From positions 1 to 38,095 of IMG/VR virus record IMGVR_UViG_3300042355_001092: 38,095 bases of DNA; one strand, written 5' to 3'. The DNA comes from a virus. Its lineage: Duplodnaviria; Caudoviricetes. This document shows positions 8,038 through 19,100 of the stretch, piece after piece. Position 1 is the first letter of the stretch, and every line of letters starts with the position of its first letter. Made by a program: the position numbers and the translations under genes. The notes under the pieces are model-generated. The model made no database searches. It was not told the origin of the DNA and was given only the letters and a program-made list of their open reading frames with translations.

Positions 8038-10143
8038 ATGGCTCGCATCCCACTAGCAGAAATTCCCAACGCGCCGACCGGCGGCAAACCCGCACTTGCG
8101 AATCCGCAGTTCCCATCTTTTGAAGTAGGGAATCAAGCCATCGCGCAAATCCGCGAAGGCTACCAGTCCAACATGGTGGATGAAAGGGCGGCGGGAGCAA
8201 TGGGTCGCGCCATGCAAAGCGTGGGAGGCGACCTCACGCAAATCGGTTTGGAGGGAATGGATGCGGTGGTTTCCATCTCGCGCATGGCAGAGAAGGAAGC
8301 GACCGGTCAATTCCTCGCCAACCTCACCGAGGTGCAAAGCGAGATGAAAGGTCAGATGGCAGGGGCGGACCCCTCCATGTACCCAGTCATCGTCAAGAAC
8401 ACCTATCGGGACAAGGACGGGAACTTGAATCCGCGCCTTCTGGCGGGAGTCTCGCAATGGGGCATGAAGTATGCCCAAGCAGACGCACTTCGTTCCGAGT
8501 CAAAGGACATGGCGGAATACTCGCTTCAAGCCCACCTCGCCACTCTGGAACAGGACGAGGGACGCAAGCTGGCGGCAATGCAGACTCTGATGACCTCGGG
8601 ACAATTTTCGGATGCCGAGGCGATGAACGAATCCCTCTTTGCAACCCGCCGCATCTCTCCCGACCAGTATGCATCGAACAAGGTCAGTATTGCCGCGAAT
8701 CGAGACAACCAAACTCTATTAGCGTCCATTCAATCCGACCCCGAGGGGATGGCGAAAAAACTCACCACGGCGATGATGGAGGGCAAGCCTATAGACCTTG
8801 TCAAAAACATCTCTCTTGAAAGCTACCCCCGCTACATCAAGGCGGCGGAATACGCCAACACCCTCCAGACCGCCGAAAGACTCACGACTCTCACCGACCT
8901 CATCGACGGCAAATCACTCCTTTCACTCGACGCACTACGCGCCAACCCGATCTTCAAGACGCTCGACCAGGAGAAGCAGTCCGCCCTCACGCGCCGGTTG
9001 ACCAACTCAACGGCGGGAACACCGGCAAGCGAGGTCGCAATCAAAACCTCCTACAACAAACTCGCCTCGTTCCCAAGCACCGACAAACCTTGGGAGGAAT
9101 ACGCCACCTTGGCAACCGAGGCGGCGGCAAATTTGGTGGACCCGTATTTCAGTCCCTTCATGGACAAACTCAACGCACGGGTCGCAGAGATGGCGGAAAA
9201 CGGCGGGGTTCTCGCGCCGAATTCAAAGATCGAAAAGTATGTCGCCGACAAGCTCGACCTGTTTTCGAGCATGGGGATGTTTGGACAGGTTCCAGCAAAG
9301 GAAAGTGGCATGGAGCAGTCTCCCGAGTATGTCCAGCAGACCCTCGCCATCGAGACCCGCAAGATGGAACTCATGCAGGAATTCCGCTCGGCGGGAATTA
9401 AGACGCAAGCGCAAGCCGACGAGTTTTTGAACACGCGCCTCCTACCGGCAGACGCAAAGAATGCGTGGAAAGCCGAGCCAAACACTTTCCAAAAAGTGTG
9501 GCGGTCCATGTTCCCGAGCGCACCGGCAAAACCGGACGGGTCTCCGGTTCCAGCAAAGACTCCTGTGCCGAGGGGAATGGGAATGCCGACCGGCAACGAG
9601 GTTTCCATGTTTGACCCCGATGTCTCCGATCTGACCGGCGGTGCTTACGCTTTCAAAGTTACCGACAAGACTCGGGACGCACTCCCCGCCTCGACTCCTT
9701 CCGCACGGCAAGTCTCCCTCGACTTCAACGATGCGGCATCTCCGACCGCCCGAGGCGTCGAGATTATCATCCCGAACGATGCCACCGAGGAGGAACGGGC
9801 AATCGCGCAAGCGTATGTGGATCGCACCACCGAATGGTTCCGCTCGAAAGGCATCGATGTCCCCAACAGGGGTGTGCGTACAGCAAAAGAAAACGGGCGC
9901 GGGACTCGCGGAAGATTCCACACCGAACCTTTTTTTGTCGCCGACTCGGATGCTCTGGCGGCGGTGCAGAACGATCCCGAGGGCTACGCAAAGGTTCTCG
10001 CCAGCACATTGGGTCGCATCAACGGGGTGACCTTTATTGCACCGCACAAATCCACCGACCCAGGAGCATCTCGCGGCAATGTCAACGAACGAGACTTCGC
10101 CAGACAGGTGATTATTCCCGCCCTTAAAAATCTCGCGACATAA
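8038..10143 (+). CDS. Internal virion protein with C-terminal permuted N-acetylmuramoyl-L-alanine amidase-like domain
   Basis: M.RIP start, helical body, Pro-rich linker, then Amidase_3 motifs in permuted order. Confidence 0.7.
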   Translation: MARIPLAEIPNAPTGGKPALANPQFPSFEVGNQAIAQIREGYQSNMVDERAAGAMGRAMQSVGGDLTQIGLEGMDAVVSISRMAEKEATGQFLANLTEVQSEMKGQMAGADPSMYPVIVKNTYRDKDGNLNPRLLAGVSQWGMKYAQADALRSESKDMAEYSLQAHLATLEQDEGRKLAAMQTLMTSGQFSDAEAMNESLFATRRISPDQYASNKVSIAANRDNQTLLASIQSDPEGMAKKLTTAMMEGKPIDLVKNISLESYPRYIKAAEYANTLQTAERLTTLTDLIDGKSLLSLDALRANPIFKTLDQEKQSALTRRLTNSTAGTPASEVAIKTSYNKLASFPSTDKPWEEYATLATEAAANLVDPYFSPFMDKLNARVAEMAENGGVLAPNSKIEKYVADKLDLFSSMGMFGQVPAKESGMEQSPEYVQQTLAIETRKMELMQEFRSAGIKTQAQADEFLNTRLLPADAKNAWKAEPNTFQKVWRSMFPSAPAKPDGSPVPAKTPVPRGMGMPTGNEVSMFDPDVSDLTGGAYAFKVTDKTRDALPASTPSARQVSLDFNDAASPTARGVEIIIPNDATEEERAIAQAYVDRTTEWFRSKGIDVPNRGVRTAKENGRGTRGRFHTEPFFVADSDALAAVQNDPEGYAKVLASTLGRINGVTFIAPHKSTDPGASRGNVNERDFARQVIIPALKNLAT

Positions 10144-10146
10144 TTC

Positions 10147-13100
10147 ATGGTAACACAAAACGACCTCCTTCCTTCGCCCATGCCCACACCGATCCCGAGG
10201 CAGGACGAGGAGAATCCACTCGGACAAGCAACCCCCGCGCCACTCCCGCCGCCGGTTCCCTCGCCGGTCCCCGCGCCGAGTCCGAAACCACAGGATATGC
10301 CTTTGGATGAGGTCTACGACCGCCGCCGCAATGTTCAGTTCACCGAGACCATCACGGGGCAACCAAACCCGTTTGCCGGTGAACTCGACCGCCAGAAGAC
10401 TTATCGTCAAGAACTCCGCGACTTGAGCGTCATGCTATCCGACCGAGAGACCCTTGGCGGAATCGCGCCCGATGTTGTTGACCTCTCCGAGTCATCTTAC
10501 GATCCGCAACTCTTCAAGGACATGGCGGTCAACTGGAGGGCGACCGCCTTCCTCCTCGACACGCCAGTCGAGCAGTTGAAGGACTCGGACTACACCCTCT
10601 ACAAAAAGTTGGTCGCCGCGAAGCTCGGTAAGAATCCTCCCAAGACCGAGCAGGAATACCACCAGATGCTCGGTGAGCATTTCGGCAAGCAGACCGAAAT
10701 GGACAAAGCAGTCGATGACCTCAACTCGATGGCGGTGATCGATGCCCTCAACTCGACCAACTACGGACAGGATTTTCCGATGGTCCGCGACCAAGGGAGG
10801 TCACTCGCCGCATGGATGGAGAAATACCCCGACCTCGCAACTCCCGACCGGCAATGGTTGCTGGCTCGGAGTGCCGGTGAAATGTATCAGAACACCCTCC
10901 GCGATCTCGCGGATGTCCGCCAATACGCCGCGCCGACTTTCAAAACTCTGGTGGATTTCACCCGAGGCAACGCAACCCCAGAGCAGATCGATGAACTCGG
11001 TCGCAATCTCCGCGACCTCACCCCCGAGCAGTTCACCAAGGTTGGTCAGTATGTGACCCTCGCCGCCGAGACCGAGCAGATCGACCGAGGGGCATGGTCG
11101 CAATTGGCAAAAAACCTCGGGGAATCACTATCCCGAGGGTTCGATTTCATACCACAAGGCGACCTCCAGCTTGGGCAAGCGCAAGCACAGGGGCGATTGG
11201 ATGCGGTCCAGAAGGACGAGGTGTGGGTTCCCGTGGATTCCGAGCGTTTGCCGGTGGGAACCTACCAAGACCCCCGCACCGCACAGGCACTTCCAAAATA
11301 CCTTCAAATGGCGGCATTCGGGGAATCTCCCGACATCGGGCAAGAAGGATCACCGGCATGGCGCAAAGCGACCGGCGAAGAAAAGGAAGCAATCCGCAAA
11401 AACGCCGAGGAGGGAGTAAAAACCATCAACATGGTCCGCAAGCTCCGCAACCTTGCCAAGACCGGCGTGGACCCGATCCGCCCGTTGTCGCAGGGAGGAC
11501 TCATTGGTGCGGTCGAGCGGGGCGCATACGGGCTTGCCGGTAGCATTCCTCTCATGGGTGCGGTTGCCGTCAACCCGTTCCTCGGTGTGCTTGCCTACCA
11601 GTCACAGGAGTTCGACAGGATCATGCTGGAGAACGAAGGCATGGACATCCGAGCCGCACAAGGACTCGCTTTGTTTGAAGGCGGTCTGAACGCCGCAATC
11701 GATGCGTTCCAGATTTCCGCACTCATGGGCAAAGCAAAGATTTTTGGGGGGGTGCTGAAAGGGATGCAGGGGCGCGGGGTCGCGAATTACCTAAAACGGG
11801 CGGGAGTGATCCAACTGGAGCAGTTCACCCAAGAGAACATTCAAGACCTCATCGCGCCGGTCACAGAATACTTCGCCTCGGCACTCCGCGAAGATATGCC
11901 CGACCAGGACTTCGTTGCCGAGATGCGCGAGTATTGGGAGACCCGTCCAGAGGTTTTCTTTGCCGTCCTTCCTCTCGCCCTCATCGGCGGCGGGTTTGCG
12001 TCTTCCTCGGACCTCAAGAACATCACGACCACCATGACCCGCGAACGATTGCGCGGGGCGGGACTCCGCGACGAGAAGATCGACTACATTTTCGCCTCGG
12101 CGGATAAGGCGGAATTCGACGCTCGGTTGCAAGAAGCATGGGGGGCGCGGACCCCCGAGGACATCCAGAGTGGGGTGGACTACCTCAACGAGCAACTCGG
12201 GCAACTCCAGCAGACCAACCTCGACCACAAACTTTCAGTCGATCGCAAAGCAGACGGCACTCCCGAGTGGATCGTCACCGACACGACCGGCGCGGAAGTG
12301 GGACGCTTTGCCGACTACGATGCCGCCGTCGAGGTGGTTTCGCAGAATGTCGCCGCCAACCTTCAGAACGAGAAAGGCACGACCGCCGAACTACTCAACT
12401 TCGCCAGCAAGATTCTACAGAACCCGAGCATCAGCATGGATGAAAAGCCGGTCTCGGTCGCACAGGAGATGGAAAGGATGCAAGGCATCGGCGACGAGAA
12501 GGGTCTCCAGAATCTAATGAACCGGCTCAAATTCGGCGACCTTCAAGGCAAAGACCCGAACAAGTTGTTCATCCTCGGCGAGACCACCATCGAGCAAGTG
12601 AAGGACGGGGTCTATCGGGCAGTCATCAAGCTCAAAGAAAACGCATCGCCCTTGGATGCTCTGGAAGAAATCAACCACGGGTTTTTCAAGACCGCCGTTG
12701 CCAACGGGGTCTACACCTTCGACCAGTACAAGACTTGGTTGGAGCAAACCGAGAAAGCGACCGGCAAGACGCTCAAGCGAGACTCCGAGATGGACATCAT
12801 CGAGTCCCTTTCCCGTGTCACCGAGGACTACATCCTCGGGCGAATCGATGACACATCGATGCCGAAATCCTTTGTCGATTACATCAAGCGCATCGCCCAA
12901 ATCTTCAAGGAGGCGGTGCTTCGCTACCTCAAAATGGAAGAGGCATTCGCGAAAGGCGAGATCGATACCGACTTCAAGACCGCCCTTGAGCAGTCCCTCG
13001 GTATCGACTCACAGGTCCGCCTCGACCGGATTCGCGACGAGACCGCCGCCTCGGTGGACCCGAATCTTTCGGTGCGGGATACCTCGGAGGACCAGGATGA

Positions 13101-16100
13101 TCGAGCGTATGACCCCGCAACAGAATCGGGCGACCCTGCTCCAGATGTCACTCCCGACCAGATCGATCCCGACAAGCAGAAAGGGAAAGAGTGGAAAGAC
13201 ATCCCGTGGACTGACGATTGGAACTATAGCGTCCGAGTCCTTCCCACATCCTTTGTTCCGATGGATGCCAAACTTTTTGCCAAGATCAAAAAGGAATCTG
13301 GTGGGATCATTCGTTCCGTTTTCATCGACCGCATGAAGGCAGGGGGAGAATACCTCGGGATTCCTTTGCAGGGCGGCATGGGATTCCCGACCATCGTGGA
13401 GAATCTCAAAGCCGGTGTGGGATGGGCATTCAATTCAAGGTCAACTGCTCGGGCATTGTACAACCGAGCAATGGATAGTGGTGGATACCTTGCCTTGTCC
13501 ATAATGGTTGAGGGCAATGTTATTGGTAACAAGTCATTTGCCATGATGTGGTTTGAGCAGTTGCGGCAAAACATCGCCGCAGGGAAACTCACAAACGCCA
13601 AAGCACTCGCCGAACTTAACCGAGTGCGTGAAAAGTATGTGACCAAAAAAACGGACGCTACGAGGCATACAGATATTCAGAAAAAAGACAAAAACGGGAA
13701 ACTGAAATTCAACAAGGACGGGTCTCCTGTTTTTGAAAAAGAAAAGATTCAAGCCACCGATGCAGAGGGGAATTTGCTTTTTACCAGAAAAGGAAATCCA
13801 GCATGGGTAAAAACGGACAAGAAATTCACAGGACATTCCACTCCTTGGAAATCACTTGCTGAAGCGGAAAAAGCGATTGTTGGTATGCCTCAAGGCAAAA
13901 GAGGGAGTGCCTATTTCAAAAAGACTTTCAACAAGAAGAAGAATCAAGCGGACTACCAGGAGTTACTTACAAAAACCAACACCAAGGCGGGGTTTCCCGA
14001 TGCCGTGAATATGGTGAAAGATGTCGAGGAACCCTCGTTTGCGGGGCTACCGGCACAAACAATTGTTGGCATCATCAAAATCGAGAAGGTTCCAGAGGGA
14101 ACCGACCCCGCGATGACTGCAAAGCAACTTGGAGTGCCAGAACACAAATCCTACGGATTCATTCTTAAAGGCAAGCCGGTCGCCAGAATGATGAAGTTCC
14201 GCACCCTTGCGGAGGTGAAACCATCCATTGCCAAAGAGATGATGACGCAGGACAACGAGCGTTGGAAAATGGACGATCTCATCGCCTACTCCGTCCGCGA
14301 GACCAAGAAGGACGCCGACGAGATCAAACGAATAGTGTCGAAGATGTCGGCGGACCAGATTCGCACGGCGTTGGAACAAACCAAACTGACCCCGACCCCG
14401 CGCATGGTCGCCATGCTTGGGGAGTTTCCCGAGTATCTGCAACCTATCGTGGAATACATGGTCGCGAAGCGATCCGCCCTAGTGGAGGGCAAGGTCTCGC
14501 CTCGGGATGTGGCAAAAGCCTATTGGATGACCATCGCCAGCATCGGCGCGGATGCGATCAATGTATCCACTATCGCGGCGAAGGCGGCACAACACGGGAT
14601 CGATTTCAACCCATCGCCAATCTTCCTCACGACCGGCGCGGACGGGCAACCACAGATGCGTCCAGAGGAACTCGCCGCCTATTGGCTCGGAACTCCCGAG
14701 GGGCAACGCGCCTTGGACAATGTCGAGAAGGGCAACTTCGATGCCCAGGATTTTGAAAGCGGACTTCTGCTCCGAGACGCTTTTGGAAGGAACGACCTCC
14801 GCGAAAGGTATGTGGTAAGCGGCAAGGCGAAGAAGGGGTCCGAGTTTACCATCGAGGTTGAGGGCAAGGCGGTTGCGGTTGAAGCGACCGACAAAGGCAC
14901 TTGGAGTTTTTCCCTCCCCGCCCTCGACACGCCGGTCACACTTCCCGAGGGAGTCACCGAGGTGCGGCGGACCCACACCTCTGGCGGGGTTGGGATGCCA
15001 AAGCGCAAGAATGTCAACCTCACCAACCTTCTGGAATTCACCAACCGAATCAACGAAAGCAAGGGCGACCCCAAGAAGCTCGAAAAGGCGGTCACCTCGG
15101 CGGTTGGAATTGGCGAGGGTAAGAAGGGATTTATCTCGCACTTCCTTGGATTCGGCGAGTGGTCAACCATCGATGCGGTCGAATTGAACATCTGGCTTGC
15201 CGGTGTGGGAGACACTTCACAGGCAAGCGAGAAGCAGAAGATGATCGCCGCCATTGCCAAGAAGGCATCGGGATCGACGGCGACCAGCAGAGACCTGTTT
15301 GCGCGAATCCGCTCGGCGATCCTCGGGCTACGCACCAAGGCAAAAGGCGGCGACAAAATCCCCGCCGAGGTCGCACCGCACATCATTCACCATTGGATTT
15401 GGGATGCCGCAAAGAACATTCAGACCACCCATGAGGGTCTCTACTATGCGATGCAGAACTACTCTGTCCGCGAGATAACTCCACAACAGGATGCCGACTA
15501 CCTCGCAGCCGTCGAGCGCGGCGACATGGAGACGGCGCAGCGGATGGTGGATGAGGCGGCGAGGGCGGCTGGGTATGGAATTAAAGGCTTCCACGGGACT
15601 CTATCAGAGGAATTGCGAAACAACACTTTTGACGACGAGGACGCTCCCTATCGTGGAGGTCTGGTTGCATTCTTCGCAGAAGATCGAAAGTTTGCAGAAG
15701 AATATGCGAAAAATGGCGGCAAAATAATTGAAGCGCATCTTCGCCTACAAAATCCGTTGGATTTTCGTAACAAGCAATTGATCAAGGAAGCGGTTACTGA
15801 TTTTTATGCACAGACGGGAGGCATTACCGCATCCGAGGATATTCATCGGTTGGAACTTGGAGACGGCAAGGATGTCAATGACGACAACGAGTTTTCTATT
15901 TATCCCGCAGACTTGTTTGAAAAGGCTCTCTTGGAAGGCAGGTGGGATGCGTTTGAGGCTTCCGAGTTTACTGAATGGGTGAACCAGCAGGGACACGATG
16001 GCATCGTGATGAAGGAAAACGACTCCATCACTTTTGCTGTCTACGACCCGACCCAAATCAAATCCGCCGACCCAATCACCCGCGATAAGCAGGGCAATGT

Positions 16101-19100
16101 CATCCCGCTCTCACAGAGGTTCGACCAGACCACGGGGAACATCAACTACTCTGTCCGCGAAACCCCATTCACAAAGCAAAACGCCGTCAAAAATCGGGAA
16201 ATTCTTGCGAAGCGGTTTGAAGGTTTCGCTCCACAAGTGGGAGTCTCGGGTCTTCAGTATGGATGGCAACGACCGAGTGACGGGAAGTTCATTAGGGTCA
16301 GTCAGCACTACTATTTTTGGCGGACTGACGATGGCGAAATCCTCGGCGACCCGAATGGAGTTGGCTACCTTCGCATTGCCAAATCGGGCAATGTTCTCAT
16401 GTACCAAGGGGACGCAAACCCGAGGCAACTAAAAGAACTCAAAGACACGGCGATTGAAGAGGGGTTGGAACTCTTGCGCGATCCTTCCGAAACTTCCTAC
16501 AGCATCCGCGACCAGGAGGAGATCGACCGAGTCGCCGCCGAACTCGACAAGGTGAATCGCGGACCCGAGGGGCGGTTGGCGGTCTACCAGAGGGCGAAGG
16601 CGAGGTTCCTGCAACTCATGCAGGACAACAAGGCGGCACTCGATGCTATCAAGAGTGCGGCGGTTACCGACCCTGCACCGGCAATTGAAAAGCTGGAAGA
16701 AGATCGCGCCGGTCGCCTCGCCGACATAGAGACCGAGCAGATCGCCGAGGTGGAAAGTGCGCTACAGGACAACGCCGTCCAGTTCGCCACCCGCATCGAT
16801 GAGGCAATCGATCCCGAGGACAAGGCACAACTGAAATCGGACGCAAGGGATCGAGCGAAGATTTTGGAAAAGGGAATCCGCGAGAAGTATTCCGAGCGGA
16901 AAAAACTGGTCGAGCAGGAGATCGCCGCCGAGAAGCGCAAAGTCTCCGAGGTCTCCGAGTCGCGCCGTGTCGCATCCAATGCGGTCTACAGGGAGAGGGT
17001 GAAATACGAGAAACTCGCCCAAGCAGTCGCCGAACTTGACGGGTTGCTCAAGGTGCTTCCCAAAGAAGTCATCGGCAAGGTTGGCGGGTTCGCGACACTC
17101 GCCAACATAGGGACCGGCGAGAAGGCACTTGCCGACTTCTTCGTAAAACGAGTCGAGATGGTGGACGCTCAATTGGAGAGATACCTCAACAAAGAATACG
17201 ACCAGGAACTCGACAAAATCTTTGAACGCGCCAAACCGAAAAAAGCCAAGGCGGGAGAAAAGCCCAAAGGCATCGGCGCGGAAATCCAGAACCTCTTTGC
17301 GATCTTGAAAGAGGCGCGTGATTTTAATGCGCGAGAGGTGTCTGCACACCTCGCAGGCATAGATGACAAACTTGCGACCGGAGAACTCACCGCCGAGGAG
17401 GAGGCGGCACTCAAGCAAGAGGCGGCACTCGTCACTTTGGTGGGCAACTGGAAACCGAAATACCAAGGCTACACCGACCCAACCACCGGCAAGACCGGAT
17501 ACACAAAAGTGGACAACGGCGCGGACTCCAACCGCCGCGCCGCCGCCGTAGAGGCACTCCGAGAAACATGGGCGCGTGGATTCGCCGAGTATCGGGCGCG
17601 GGAAATTGCCAAACGCCAGCAACGCGAAGCGGACCAGCAAGAGGCGATCCTTTCGACCGGCAAGAAGGGCGACATCAACAAGCGAAAAGAAAAGCAACTG
17701 GCGGATGCCGGTCTCGGAGCAAAGTTCCGCAACGCACTTTTCAACCTTGTGTCATGGGACCAATTCACCGGCTTGCTTTTCGGCAACAACTCGGCGGTCG
17801 CGAATCGAGTTTCGGACCTGCAACGCCGAGCCGACAACCAGAAGGAGGATGCGATCCAGATCAAAACCGAGGCAATCGAATCCCTGTTCACGCGCCTCGC
17901 CGGTGGCAAGCGTCTGGACGGCGAAAAACTCCGTTGGGAAATGTCGCAGATGAGCATGAAGGTCGATGGTCTTCCCCTCTCCGAATTGGAGGGACTCACC
18001 GCCACAATGATGTGGATGCAAGCGGACGGGAAGCGGCACATGGAGGGACGCTTTGACGAGAACGGCAACCGCACCTCGGCATGGGGCTACACGCAAGCAT
18101 TCATAGACAAGATTGAAGGTGCTTTGAGTAACGAGGCGAAAGAGGTTCGCCAGTTCCTTCTCGACAACTACGACCGAGAGTACCAACGGATCAACGCCGT
18201 TTACCGGCAACTGAACGGCATCGATCTCCCGAGGATTCAGTTTTACTCGCCTCTGCTTGTTGCGCCACAGAACGCGCCACAGGGAATGATCAACGATCCT
18301 GTCACCGGCAATGCCATCTCGGCGGCATCAACATCCCCAGGAGCATTGAGGACTCGCGGCAATGCAATCGCCGAGCCGCAATTCCGAGACGCACTCCAGA
18401 CCTTCATCGCACATACCAAACAGATGGAGCATTGGATGGCATACGCGCCAATCCTCGCCGAGGTCAACGGGGTACTCCGCAATCGCGAGGTGCAGAGTGC
18501 CATCGAAGAAAAGGGCGGCATCGAGGCAAAGAAAGTTCTGAACCTTTGGCTCGATCTTTTCGCTCAAGGCGGAAACAGGGATGCCAGCAACCAACTCGAC
18601 CTGTCACAGCAGATCACCGGCATGGCGGGGCGAGGGGCGCAAATGGCACTCGTTGGTCGCCTCGGGACTTTGCTCATCCAATCGACACAACTCGGCGCGG
18701 CAATCGCCGAGATGCCCACAGGGTCATATGTGGTGCGACTCTCAAAACTTCTCACCGGCAACCTTGGATGGGGAGAGGCACTCAACTCACCCTATGTGCA
18801 ACGCCGCATTCGCGAGATGCCGCCGGTTGTCCAACAAGCATTGGAGGGACTCGCCGCCACACAACCGAACCGCCTCAAGTACGAGGTGGCGCGGATCGGG
18901 CGACTCATTTCGGGGGCAGATGGTTTGATGACCGCCGGTACTTTCGCCATCGTTTTTGATTACCACTTCGCGCAAGCAAAGAAGATGGGATTCGGCGAAG
19001 CAGACGCTCGGGCGTATGCGCGGAATGTTGCCGAACGCGCCACCGACCGAATCGCGCAACCGACCCGCATGGGTGCAAGGTCCATCTTTGAACTGACCCA

